Shown here piece after piece: positions 28,227 to 37,747 of a stretch of DNA of 64,000 nucleotides. The translations under genes were made by a program, and so were the position numbers. The stretch is from Bacteroidota bacterium (GTDB taxonomy: Bacteria; Bacteroidota; Bacteroidia; Palsa-965): assembly GCA_006218065.1 (NCBI GenBank), contig VBWE01000002.1, forward strand, positions 10,154-74,153. Reading direction: 5' to 3'. The notes below the pieces were generated by a model, which made no database searches, had not been told where the DNA came from, and saw nothing but the letters and a program-made list of their open reading frames with translations. The number at the start of each line of letters is the position of its first letter. The first letter of the stretch is position 1.

Positions 28227-29375
28227 TCAGTTACGGATGATCTTCCGGATAAATACCTGGTCGCCGGCTGTTATAACCAGCTGATAAATACCCGCATCCC
28301 AGTGCGACGTGTCGATCGTCAGTTTTGATAAACCTTTGTAATCGCCCGCGTAAACGATTCTGCCGTCAATGGCGTAAACCATGACGCTGCCGGCGACCGT
28401 TTGAGAAACTTCTACGTTTAACTGATCCTGTACCGGGTTGGGAAAAACGCCCGCTGCAATTTCTTCTGCAGATATGCTGCCCGTGGAGGTCGTTACTGTA
28501 CAAACACTGTTGCACTGGCAAAGCGTAATATTACTACCCGGCGGCGGGCCGGCGTCAAAATAACCGCCGGCAGCACACATGTCGAGGTAACTGCCGTCTT
28601 GTCCGAAAAGCATCATATTGTCGGCCCAGCCCGAAACGGAAAAACCGGCACAGGGTGCTGATGAACTGCTGGGACCGGTTACAATGCCGAGATTAACCCA
28701 CGACCCGTTAACGATGACGCGGCAGTTCGTGTGAAAAACGTCGAAGTTCTCGAACATTCCGGTAACCTGGAGCGGGCCATCATTGGTGAATGAACCGGCA
28801 TACACCCATTGCGACATGCTGGCAAAACCATTGCCGGTAGTGATGGAGCCTGTGTTGGTGGCGTTGATTTCCATCAGGTAAAGTTTTCCGGAAAGCGTCA
28901 TCGTGCCGGCATTCAGAAAGAACAGGTTAGTAGATGATTGCGAAAGATTTGCCCGCTCCAGCCTTAGCCCGGTACCGGTGTACACACCGTAGTTGTTGAA
29001 GTGGATATTCGCTCCCAGGCCGTCCACGGAATCTACCGCTGCTGTGCCGGTGCTGGTAAATGTTCCAGAACTGATACCGAACAAGGTTGTACTCAGCAAG
29101 CCGGCGCTGGTTATAGTACCGCTGTTGAGTACAATGGACGCATTTGCAATTGTGCCATCGTTGCAAACCGTTCCGCCGTTAATCACCAGGTTGCCCTGCA
29201 ATACACTGTTGGGTGCAATGCACAAGGTTTGTCCTGCGCCAACGGTTTGCGTGGCACTAACCGTTCCTGTTATGGTACTGGTGCAGCCGGTACATTGTGC
29301 CTGCAATTGCGAAAGGAAAACAACAGGCAATACGGCTGAAAAAAGAAAGTGTTTAAAAACAGTTTTGGTATTCAT
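28227..29375 (-). CDS. T9SS C-terminal sorting domain protein (paralog 2)
   Basis: Same architecture as 27038..28183 (AQCTGCTSTITGTV.. and ..FPNPVQDQLNVEVS..GIYQLVI..). The two are colinear paralogs. Confidence 0.7.
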   Translation of the reverse strand: MNTKTVFKHFLFSAVLPVVFLSQLQAQCTGCTSTITGTVSATQTVGAGQTLCIAPNSVLQGNLVINGGTVCNDGTIANASIVLNSGTITSAGLLSTTLFGISSGTFTSTGTAAVDSVDGLGANIHFNNYGVYTGTGLRLERANLSQSSTNLFFLNAGTMTLSGKLYLMEINATNTGSITTGNGFASMSQWVYAGSFTNDGPLQVTGMFENFDVFHTNCRVIVNGSWVNLGIVTGPSSSSAPCAGFSVSGWADNMMLFGQDGSYLDMCAAGGYFDAGPPPGSNITLCQCNSVCTVTTSTGSISAEEIAAGVFPNPVQDQLNVEVSQTVAGSVMVYAIDGRIVYAGDYKGLSKLTIDTSHWDAGIYQLVITAGDQVFIRKIIRN

Positions 29376-29624
29376 CGTCTTGTTTTTATTTTGATTCTAC
29401 TCGTCAGGCTTTTCGATTTCCGCCCCGGTTTTTACATGGCTAACCGGCTCCACGTCGATCCCCTTCTTGTTTGTTCTCCTGCTGCAAATTTTCGGGATAT
29501 CGGGCGTTAACCCAAACCAAATAGTTTTATTTTTACGGAAAGTAAATGCCTGAAAACAACAAATAGAATTCATAAATCGATGTAAAACAATAAGTTATAA
29601 TTATCGGAATTAATAATTATTACG

Positions 29625-31184
29625 ATGGCTCGCCTCCCTTCTGACAAGGTTTTTAGTTTAGTAAAATCACTCCGCGCGGGTGAAAAAAAGGCTTTCCGTC
29701 AGCAGGCAAAACAAAACGGGGCAGCAGATCAGTTGCTTTACCTGCGCCTGTTTGATGTGCTGGATGCGATGGAAGCATACGATGAAGCTGCAGTACTGAA
29801 AAAAATACCGGCACTGCCGGCACGGCAATTGTCGAATCAGAAAAACTATCTCTTTCAGCAGCTTACCGATTCGCTTTCGACGACCCGTACGGTGAACGAA
29901 ATTACCCGTCAGTTCACGCGCGCGATGCTTCGTGCCGATGTGCTGTTCACGAAAAAAATGTACGCCGCTGCCCTCGATGAACTGGATGCCGCACTGCTTA
30001 CCGCCAAACGCCATTGCCGCCATACCATGGTACTGGAACTGCTTACAACGAAAAGAATGATCATCATCAAAATGCGGCGCCCGGATATGGCGGAAAGAAT
30101 GTCGCAGGGGCTGGAAGAGTTTTCGATGCACTCGAAATACCTCGACGAAATGCACCGGATGCGTTTGCTGCACCAGGAAATCTCAAAGTTTACACTTGCC
30201 TACAGCAGCCTGCGCGACAAAGCGACGCTGGATGCTTTCGAAGCCATTTTTGTTTCAGCGGGTTTTGATTTTTCCTACGCTTCGTCCGACTATATGAACC
30301 AGAACATGCACTACTCGGTTCGCTGCATCTATCACCGTTACCGGCGCGAATGGCAGCCATTTTATGAGCAGGCGAAAGCGGGCATGATGCATGCTGAATC
30401 GGATCCAATACTTTTTACCTGCTACCGGGATAAACATTTGCTGAGCACACACCAGTTTCTGATTGCGCTGGCGAAAGCAGGAAGTATGGACGATATCGAA
30501 ATGGTGCGCGACCGTATTCACAGTTACCTCGACATGCCCGAAAAAATAATGGGGCGCGAGAACCGGATCATTGCCGTAAACACCAGCACTATTTTTATCA
30601 TCGTGCTGAACAAGCGGGGGCTTTTTGAAGAAGCGGTTGCTTTCGTAAAAAAGATCGCCCCGCATTTTAATGACTGTATCGGGTCGATGCATACCATCAG
30701 TGTGGCGAATTATTACAACCTCGCAACGCTGGCCTTTTTCGGTTCGGGCGATTACAAAGCGGCGTTGAAATTCGTACTGAAAGGGCTTGCGCTGAGTGAT
30801 CGGCAGATGCTGCGCGAACACCGGATTTATCTTCGCTTTTTTCAGCTGCTGATCCATTTCGAGCTCGACACTATTTTGCTGCTGGATAACCTGGTTAAAT
30901 CCGTGTACAAATTTCTGCTGCAGCTTGGTCCCGGCTTCCGGTTCGAATCGCTGATCATCGATTTCATCCGGATGAAACTGCCGAAAATCAATTCGCGTAC
31001 AGAACTGCTCCGGGCTTTTTCGGAACTGAAGAAACAGGTTGAAGCACTGGCCCTTGACCCGATGGAAGGAGTATCGCTCGACTATTTTGACTGGCCAGCC
31101 TGGCTGGAAAGTAAAATCACAGGCAAATCGTTCTCCGCGCTGGCAAAAAGAAACTTTGCGAAGTCGCAGGCAGCAGAATCGTGA
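29625..31184 (+). CDS. hypothetical protein (519 aa)
   Basis: A long ORF with balanced, mostly helical-looking composition. The overlapping minus ORFs are Arg/Gln-rich antisense artefacts. Confidence 0.55.
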   Translation: MARLPSDKVFSLVKSLRAGEKKAFRQQAKQNGAADQLLYLRLFDVLDAMEAYDEAAVLKKIPALPARQLSNQKNYLFQQLTDSLSTTRTVNEITRQFTRAMLRADVLFTKKMYAAALDELDAALLTAKRHCRHTMVLELLTTKRMIIIKMRRPDMAERMSQGLEEFSMHSKYLDEMHRMRLLHQEISKFTLAYSSLRDKATLDAFEAIFVSAGFDFSYASSDYMNQNMHYSVRCIYHRYRREWQPFYEQAKAGMMHAESDPILFTCYRDKHLLSTHQFLIALAKAGSMDDIEMVRDRIHSYLDMPEKIMGRENRIIAVNTSTIFIIVLNKRGLFEEAVAFVKKIAPHFNDCIGSMHTISVANYYNLATLAFFGSGDYKAALKFVLKGLALSDRQMLREHRIYLRFFQLLIHFELDTILLLDNLVKSVYKFLLQLGPGFRFESLIIDFIRMKLPKINSRTELLRAFSELKKQVEALALDPMEGVSLDYFDWPAWLESKITGKSFSALAKRNFAKSQAAES

Positions 31185-31240
31185 AGAAAAAAGGGCAAAG
31201 CTTTTGTTGCCTCGCCCTTGTATGACAAAATAAGAACAGC

Positions 31241-32761
31241 TTATTTGTTCTCTTCTTTCTTTTCTCCCTCGTCGCTGATTGTTCCGAGGTACGACGGAAG
31301 TTCGAGTCCTGCCTGGCGGAAAACGTCCTGCAGCGGCGGAACCGAGCGGTAAAGTCCCGAGAGGAAATTCGCCGTTGACGATTGTCCGCCGTTGGCGCCG
31401 TTTCCGCTGTCCCATACGGTAACCTTGTCGATCTTGATGTTCTTGATGGCTTCGCTCTGCAGTTTGACGAGTTCCGGCAGTTTGTCCACGATCATGAGCA
31501 TGACCGCGTCTTTCGAACTGTCACCGGCCGCTTTCACGAGCCTTTCGAAACCTTCGGCCTGCTTGCTGAGGATTTCGAAAATACCTTTCGCTTCGGCTTC
31601 CATTTTCATATAAATCGCGTCGGCGTCACCTTTGGCTTTGCGGCGCGTCTGTTCGGCGAACGCTTCGGCTTCGATTTCCACGCGCTGCTTTTCGATTTCG
31701 GCGGGAACGATGATATCGGCTACGCGCGAAGCTTTATCGCGTTCGGCGCGTTTGTTTTCGGCGCTTTGTTCGGCCTTGTAGGATTCTTCGAGGGCGAGGG
31801 CGCGGTTCACTTTTTCGGCCGTTACCGCTTTACGTTCGGCTTCGGCGGCTTTTTCACGGCGTTCGGCTTCCGAATTCGCGATGGTGATCTTCGCCATGTT
31901 TTCCCCTTCTACCGCTTTCGAATTGGCTTCGGCGACGGAGACGCGTTCTTTCTGCTGCGCAGCGGCTTCACCCATCTTGGCGTTCGCTTCGGCATTCGAT
32001 ACGTTGATACGTTCGTTCTGATCGGCGTTCGCTTCCCCGATTTTCGCTTCGGCCAGTGCGGCGGAAACGTTTACGCGCTGGTCTTTCTGTGCGTTTGCTT
32101 CCCCGATAGAACCGTCGCGGTTTTTCTCGGCCACGCTTACACGGGCGTCGTTGATGGCTTTTGCGGCGGCTTCTTTACCGAGCGCTTCGATGTAACCGGA
32201 TTCATCCTTGATATCGGTTACGTTTACGTTGATCAGTTTCAGGCCGATCTTTTTCAGTTCAGCTTCCACGTTCGCTGCAACGTTCGAAAGAAATTTATCG
32301 CGGTTCGAGTTGATCTCTTCAATGTCCATCATGGCGATTACGAGGCGAAGCTGACCGATGATGATGTCTTTCGCGAGATCGTGGATCTGCGGCATGCCCA
32401 GGCCGAGCAGTCGTTCCGCCGCATTGGTCATCGTTCCCGGCTCGGTGGAAATACCGACCGTAAAACGGGAAGGAACATCCACGCGGATATTCTGCCGGCT
32501 GAGCGCGTTGGTCAGCGCAACTTCGATGGAAATCGGCGTGAGGCTCAGGAAAGCATATTCCTGGATCACCGGCCAGATAAAGGCCGCGCCGCCGTGAATG
32601 CATCTTGCAGACAATCCGCCGCCTTCGGCATTCGAACCGACTTTACCGTAAACGACGAGGATTTTATCGGAAGGACAGCGCTTGTAACGCTTGAACATCC
32701 CGAGAATAATGATGAACAGGAAAAATATACCTGCTACAATCCCGATGAGTAGATAATTCAT
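31241..32761 (-). CDS. flotillin family (SPFH/band-7) protein
   Basis: The product has an N-terminal TM helix, an SPFH domain and a long Ala/Glu-rich coiled region (..EAERKAVTAEKVNRALALEESYKAEQSAENKRAERDKA..). Confidence 0.9.
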   Translation of the reverse strand: MNYLLIGIVAGIFFLFIIILGMFKRYKRCPSDKILVVYGKVGSNAEGGGLSARCIHGGAAFIWPVIQEYAFLSLTPISIEVALTNALSRQNIRVDVPSRFTVGISTEPGTMTNAAERLLGLGMPQIHDLAKDIIIGQLRLVIAMMDIEEINSNRDKFLSNVAANVEAELKKIGLKLINVNVTDIKDESGYIEALGKEAAAKAINDARVSVAEKNRDGSIGEANAQKDQRVNVSAALAEAKIGEANADQNERINVSNAEANAKMGEAAAQQKERVSVAEANSKAVEGENMAKITIANSEAERREKAAEAERKAVTAEKVNRALALEESYKAEQSAENKRAERDKASRVADIIVPAEIEKQRVEIEAEAFAEQTRRKAKGDADAIYMKMEAEAKGIFEILSKQAEGFERLVKAAGDSSKDAVMLMIVDKLPELVKLQSEAIKNIKIDKVTVWDSGNGANGGQSSTANFLSGLYRSVPPLQDVFRQAGLELPSYLGTISDEGEKKEENK

Positions 32762-32791
32762 AAACGTGTTTTGTTGGTTGGTGTGTTGTGG

Positions 32792-33379
32792 TTATTGTTT
32801 GGTTACTAAAAGAATGCTGTCGCTGACGATATCGACAATTTTGATCACGCTGCCGGTTTTCAGATCCTCCGCATCGCTGGTCATCGCATCGAGCTCGCGG
32901 AGCGAACCCTGTACTTTGACCGATACTTTGCCCATGCCGCCTTTGTTGGCCGGGATGGTGAGATACACTTCGCCCACGGCGCCGATCGCGTTTTTCATTT
33001 TGAGCGTGCCGCTGTCCACCAGCTTGCTCATGCGCCAGAGCAGCCAGGCCATCGCCACCATCACTACCGCGCCGCAAACGATCGAGATGCCGATCGCTGC
33101 TGCAGGAGCAAACCCGGCCTGCAGGAAACCCAGCCCGGACCAGCCCATCACGGTGAAAAAAGCGATGAAATTCTTGATCGTGAAAATCTGGAAGCTGCCG
33201 GCTTCATCTTCGTAATGTGACGTGCCGTCGTCGCTGGTTTCCAGGTCAACATCGGAGTCTGCGCCGACAAAAGTCATGATCAGCTGGATGACCATGAGCA
33301 GGGAGAACGGAACGGCAAGACACCAGAAAACTTTTTGCAGAGTGGTGAGGGCTTCCCACCAGGCGGAGAATGAATCCAT
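32792..33379 (-). CDS. NfeD-family membrane protein (YqiJ-like partner of flotillin)
   Basis: The product has an N-terminal TM, a central TM cluster and a C-terminal OB-fold-like ..GEVYLTIPANKGGMGKVSVKVQG.. segment. It sits directly upstream of the flotillin gene. Confidence 0.75.
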   Translation of the reverse strand: MDSFSAWWEALTTLQKVFWCLAVPFSLLMVIQLIMTFVGADSDVDLETSDDGTSHYEDEAGSFQIFTIKNFIAFFTVMGWSGLGFLQAGFAPAAAIGISIVCGAVVMVAMAWLLWRMSKLVDSGTLKMKNAIGAVGEVYLTIPANKGGMGKVSVKVQGSLRELDAMTSDAEDLKTGSVIKIVDIVSDSILLVTKQ

Positions 33380-33703
33380 ATTTCAGTATAAGTTGACTTG
33401 TTTACGAATATATAAAAAAGAGAAAAGGTACAAGGGAAATAAAGCACAAACACGCCGCAGGGCGGCTAAAAGTATTACCAATAACAGGCAAATAGTCAAA
33501 ATGTTTACACGGGCCTGAATTTTTTTATGGTCTTTATACTAAAAGCGCAGGCAAAGGTTACATCCGGCAGGAAGCTGCAATTTCACAGGGTTTATATGCC
33601 CTGAAAGCCGGGTAATCCTGAAATACGCATTAGCGATAAAACCAACCTTTTATGGGCGAATGCTATCGGTATAATTTCTATCTTGTATCAAACTTTAACC
33701 ACG

Positions 33704-34771
33704 ATGAAAAAAATCTTTACCCTGGCAGCTGTTGCTGTTTCGCTCGCTTCTTTCGCACAAACCTTCAGCTCGCCCGAAAGCGTGGAGTACGACGGCGTAA
33801 ATAACCGCTGGATCGTCGGTCAGAACGGCGCGAACCGCATCGATATTTACAGCCCGGCATCCTCGACGCTGACCCCGTTCGGTACTACGATCACTTCGGG
33901 TCCGCACGGCATCGAAGTACTCGGCAGCGTGGCCTATGCCTGCGACGGCGGACGCATCCGCGGGTATGATCTTTCCAACGGCTCGGAAGTTTTTAACGTG
34001 AACCTGGGCGCAACATTCCTGAACGGCCTGACCAGCGACGGGGGATATTTCCTTTTCGCTACGGATTACAGCGCCAAGCAGATCTTCCGCATCAATACGC
34101 AGACCAATGCTTTTAACCTGATGACCAGTACGACCTATTCACCGAACGGGATTTATTACGATGGCGCGAATAACCGCTGCGTATTCGTCAACTGGGGATC
34201 CAATGCGCGCGTGCAGGCCATGAGCCTGGCGGATTCTACGATCTCGAACCTGTACACCACCAGCACGAGCAACATCGACGGCATTACCCGCGACCAGGCC
34301 GGTTACTGGTACATCACCACCTGGGGCGGCAATGCGCTGCGCATGTTCGATCCGACCTTTTCCGCTGCACCCACTTCCGTGATGACCGGCCTGAGCAACC
34401 CAGCGGATATCGACATCAACGCTGCCGGCGATTCCATCGGCATTCCGAATTCCGGTAGCGCGAATAACGTTGTGTTTTACACCGGCATCACCACGGGAAT
34501 AAAACCGGTTGATTTCGGTATGCTGCCGATGACCTGCACGCCGAACCCCGCCACCACGCAGGCATTGGTAACACTCGAACAGCCGGTTGAAAACGCGAAG
34601 CTGATCGTATCCGACATGGCCGGCCGTAAAATGAGCGAGCAGGTGATGAACGGAAAAAGTCTTTCCGTTACCCGCGGCGCGCTGCCCGACGGGTTTTATT
34701 ATTTCTCGCTGTACAATGCCGGCGGGAAACTGATCGCGAACCAGAAAGTGGCGTTCATCAAAGGAGAATAA
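33704..34771 (+). CDS. T9SS C-terminal sorting domain protein with beta-propeller (SMP-30/gluconolactonase/LRE-like) region
   Basis: The start is placed at MKKIFTLAAVAVSLASFAQ (signal peptide). The C-terminus ..CTPNPATTQALVTLEQ..GFYYFSLYNAGGKLIANQKVAFIK is a T9SS tail. Confidence 0.65.
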   Translation: MKKIFTLAAVAVSLASFAQTFSSPESVEYDGVNNRWIVGQNGANRIDIYSPASSTLTPFGTTITSGPHGIEVLGSVAYACDGGRIRGYDLSNGSEVFNVNLGATFLNGLTSDGGYFLFATDYSAKQIFRINTQTNAFNLMTSTTYSPNGIYYDGANNRCVFVNWGSNARVQAMSLADSTISNLYTTSTSNIDGITRDQAGYWYITTWGGNALRMFDPTFSAAPTSVMTGLSNPADIDINAAGDSIGIPNSGSANNVVFYTGITTGIKPVDFGMLPMTCTPNPATTQALVTLEQPVENAKLIVSDMAGRKMSEQVMNGKSLSVTRGALPDGFYYFSLYNAGGKLIANQKVAFIKGE

Positions 34772-34777
34772 TTTTCC

Positions 34778-35950
34778 ATGAAGCATAAAATTTTATCCCT
34801 GCTGCTGGTTTCGGTTTTGGCGGCATCCGCTGCTTTTGCCCGCTCGGGCGTGAACCGGGATTCAATCGAAAAACTTCCGCACGACTCGCTGAAAGCCAAA
34901 GCCTGGCTCACCGCCGGGTCCGTCAGCTACGGTGAAGGCGATTTCGTGAAAAGCCTGGAATATACGTTCAAGGCCATGTCGCATGCCGAAAAAGGCGGAA
35001 GCAAAAAAATCTATCGTTCGGCCATCCTGCAGCTATCCGCGCTTTACATGGCGCAGGACAATACGGAAAAAGCGCTTGAGTATATTCAGCAGGCGTTCCG
35101 GCTCTGTGAAGAAGCGGGCGACGAGCGCGGCAGAAGAATCGCCCTGCACAACATGGCCGTGATTTATTCGCACGCGCTGAACTATGATAAAGCGAAAGAA
35201 GCGGCGATAAAAGCGCTGAAGCTCGCGGAAAAAAGTATGGATAAGCGCGGGCAGGCAAACGAACTGGCGCTGCTCGGTGATATTTCCGTCGGCCTGAGAG
35301 CCTTTGAAAAAGGAATTGAATACTACAAGAAAAGCCTGGCCATCACGGAAGAAACCGCTGACCTGGACGGCCAGAACCACATATTGTCTAAACTGTCTTT
35401 AGCGTATGCGGAAAAAGAAGCATACAAAGAAGCGCTTGAGTATGGCAACAAAGCCCTGGCCATTGCAGAACAGACCGGCGATAAGTACGAACTTGTACAG
35501 GGCCGAAAACGGCTCGGCGACATTTATGTAAAACAGAAAAAATACGCAGAAGCAGAAAAATTGCTGAAACAATCCTGGACAGAAGCGAATGAAATAGGTG
35601 ATGCCGGCATGAAGATGTCCGCCGCCGCCGCGCTCAAAGAACTTTACCGCGCGCAGGGAAAAACGGAAGAGATGCAGCAATGGCTGCGCGCGGAAACAAC
35701 GATAGTCGATAGCCTTGAGCGAGATCATACCGAAGAGTATAGCCAAAAAATGGAAGCGGAAAAAAGGATGATGGCCGAAAAGATGGAAATGCAAAAACGG
35801 AAACTGGAAGAAGAAATGAGCAAACGCAAATCCATCGGCGTTTCTGTACTCGTCGCTATCGGTTTCGGTATCGTTGCGCTGATCGGGGCGATCGTCTTCG
35901 TCATCATCCGTGTATCGAGAGGAAATCAGAATAACAGGAAGATTTATTAA
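34778..35950 (+). CDS. TPR-repeat protein with signal peptide and C-terminal TM anchor
   Basis: The protein contains multiple 34-aa TPR-like repeats (..ALEYIQQAFRLCEEAGDERG..). Its C-terminus is the TM helix SIGVSVLVAIGFGIVALIGAIVFVII. Confidence 0.7.
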   Translation: MKHKILSLLLVSVLAASAAFARSGVNRDSIEKLPHDSLKAKAWLTAGSVSYGEGDFVKSLEYTFKAMSHAEKGGSKKIYRSAILQLSALYMAQDNTEKALEYIQQAFRLCEEAGDERGRRIALHNMAVIYSHALNYDKAKEAAIKALKLAEKSMDKRGQANELALLGDISVGLRAFEKGIEYYKKSLAITEETADLDGQNHILSKLSLAYAEKEAYKEALEYGNKALAIAEQTGDKYELVQGRKRLGDIYVKQKKYAEAEKLLKQSWTEANEIGDAGMKMSAAAALKELYRAQGKTEEMQQWLRAETTIVDSLERDHTEEYSQKMEAEKRMMAEKMEMQKRKLEEEMSKRKSIGVSVLVAIGFGIVALIGAIVFVIIRVSRGNQNNRKIY

Positions 35951-35959
35951 ACAAAGCGA

Positions 35960-36823
35960 TCACTTCCCGCTCTTCTTCCCCGGCGGCGACATCGGCTCAA
36001 GCATTTTCTGCACTTCCTTCACCATGGACGGCATGGCAAACGGCTTCTCGAAAAAATCCGTTACGATCATCATAAAAAGTTCCGGTTTTTCTTTGGCTAC
36101 GAAATGCGTGGTCCCCGGCAGTATGCATAACTGGGAATTCGGAATGGACTGAAATATTTTCACCGTATGTTCCTCCCGGATAGCATCGCGGTCGCCGGCC
36201 ATGACCAGGACAGGCGCTTTTATTTTTTTCAGGCTGTCGAACGGAATATGCGGTTGTTCCAGCAGCAGGCGCATGTGTTTGCGCGCCATCGTATCCGGAA
36301 CCTGCGCGTACATCATCGTCCCCATTTTTATCAGCTCCGGGAAAACGGCGCTGCTGTCGGGCTGCAGGTTGGCGCCGGAGGTGACGAGCCGTTTTATTTT
36401 TTCCGGGTACTTGTACGCTAAGATTAAACCGAGAATACCGCCGTCGCTGTGTCCCCAAACCAGGCACGAATCAATCTTCAACTGGTCGAGCAACTTCTTC
36501 ACGTCGGAGGCCATCAGCTCATACGTCAGCTCTTTCACGCCGCAGCCGGTTTTCCCGTGGCAGCGGCTGTCCACGGCGATCACTTTGTATTTCTTCGCGA
36601 ATTCGGGGATTTCTTTTTTTCGTCCGCCGATCGACCCGCCGTTGCCGTGCAGCAGCAGGAGCGGCTGGCCTGCACCGTAAATTTCATAGTACATTTTAAT
36701 GCCGTTCACTTCGGCGTATTTTCCCGCGGCGGAATTGTTGCCGTATGGAACGGGATTTTGTGCGGACAGGGAAACAGCGGCAAAAAATGCTGTAACAAAA
36801 AGGAGATGAAAACGTCTTAGCAT
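35960..36823 (-). CDS. alpha/beta hydrolase
   Basis: The start is placed at MLRRFHLLFVTAFFAAVSLSAQ. ..LLLLHGNGGS.., the nucleophile elbow ..VWGHSDGGILG.. and a C-terminal His are present. The upstream extension of the ORF-track call looks non-coding. Confidence 0.8.
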   Translation of the reverse strand: MLRRFHLLFVTAFFAAVSLSAQNPVPYGNNSAAGKYAEVNGIKMYYEIYGAGQPLLLLHGNGGSIGGRKKEIPEFAKKYKVIAVDSRCHGKTGCGVKELTYELMASDVKKLLDQLKIDSCLVWGHSDGGILGLILAYKYPEKIKRLVTSGANLQPDSSAVFPELIKMGTMMYAQVPDTMARKHMRLLLEQPHIPFDSLKKIKAPVLVMAGDRDAIREEHTVKIFQSIPNSQLCILPGTTHFVAKEKPELFMMIVTDFFEKPFAMPSMVKEVQKMLEPMSPPGKKSGK

Positions 36824-36889
36824 CGGCGTGGTTATTTTCTTGTAAAGGTAAAAAACGTAGTTTGGGCAGGATTGTAAAAAACAGACAAA

Positions 36890-37741
36890 ATGGAAACGGA
36901 AGCAGCAATGATCAGTATCCGGCGATATTATCCGCAGCATGTTCTCCTGAAAAGCCTGGTGGAATGTTACCAGTGGTTTTCCGTTTCGTCCCCGCTGCAG
37001 ATCATGACCGTTCCGAACGGACGCGTGGATGCCTGGATCAATCTCAGCGGAAGTTTTGAATTCCGGGACGAAAAGAAAAACAGGTATTACGCCGCCCCCG
37101 CTATGGGATTTTTCCCGCTGAGCAACAGCAATACGCGCGTGAACATCGCGGAGAAACTGGTCTGCATCAATATCAAATTCCTGCCGCACATCCTGGCGTT
37201 CCCGGTTGTCGCTCCCCTGCTGAAAACCACGCGGACCCTGGGTTTTGAGAAGGTGTTCGACGCCGCGGAACTGGACAGTTTCAAAAGTATGCTGCTGCGG
37301 AAACCGGCGAAAGAACAAACGTTGCAGGCCCTGGAAGATTTTTTGTGCAGGACTGTTTTCCGGGATTCTTCTTCAGATGCACAACTCGTGACCTGCTTAA
37401 GAGAAATGGAAAACAGCGCAGCCGGTTCCGTTAAAATCAGCGCCGTTGCGGAGAAAGCAAACATGACGGTAAAAACGCTGGAACGAAAATTTAAAAAGCA
37501 GCTGGGTATTACACCGAAAGTATTCTGCAAGATCGTACGCTTTCAGAAAACCATCCGGCAGATGCAGCAGCAGGATCGCGGGGAAAGAGAAAGACAACTG
37601 ATCGATGCGCTGGGGAACGGGTACTTTGATTATTCGCATTTTACCAAGGACAGTCATGATTTCACCGGCTTATCGCCGAAAAACCTGCTGCGTTCTTTCC
37701 TGCCGGAAACGAGCGATGTGATTATAGAAAAGAGAAAATAA
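36890..37741 (+). CDS. AraC-family transcriptional regulator
   Basis: The C-terminal HTH_18/AraC pattern is ..ISAVAEKANMTVKTLERKFKKQLGITPKVFCKIVRFQKTI... Confidence 0.8.
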   Translation: METEAAMISIRRYYPQHVLLKSLVECYQWFSVSSPLQIMTVPNGRVDAWINLSGSFEFRDEKKNRYYAAPAMGFFPLSNSNTRVNIAEKLVCINIKFLPHILAFPVVAPLLKTTRTLGFEKVFDAAELDSFKSMLLRKPAKEQTLQALEDFLCRTVFRDSSSDAQLVTCLREMENSAAGSVKISAVAEKANMTVKTLERKFKKQLGITPKVFCKIVRFQKTIRQMQQQDRGERERQLIDALGNGYFDYSHFTKDSHDFTGLSPKNLLRSFLPETSDVIIEKRK

Positions 37742-37747
37742 ACAGCG

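Noticed and set aside
30255-31415. 386-aa minus ORF opposite 29625..31184
   Set aside because: It is Arg/Gln-rich with no hydrophobic core pattern. The + strand ORF is longer and protein-like.
31382-32752. 456-aa + ORF
   Set aside because: It is antisense to the flotillin gene and has an Phe/Gly/Arg-rich artefactual translation.
35960-37318. 452-aa call for alpha/beta hydrolase ORF
   Set aside because: The N-terminal 165 aa are Arg/Gln-rich and antisense-like. The signal peptide and hydrolase fold start at the internal Met 36823, so the CDS was truncated accordingly.
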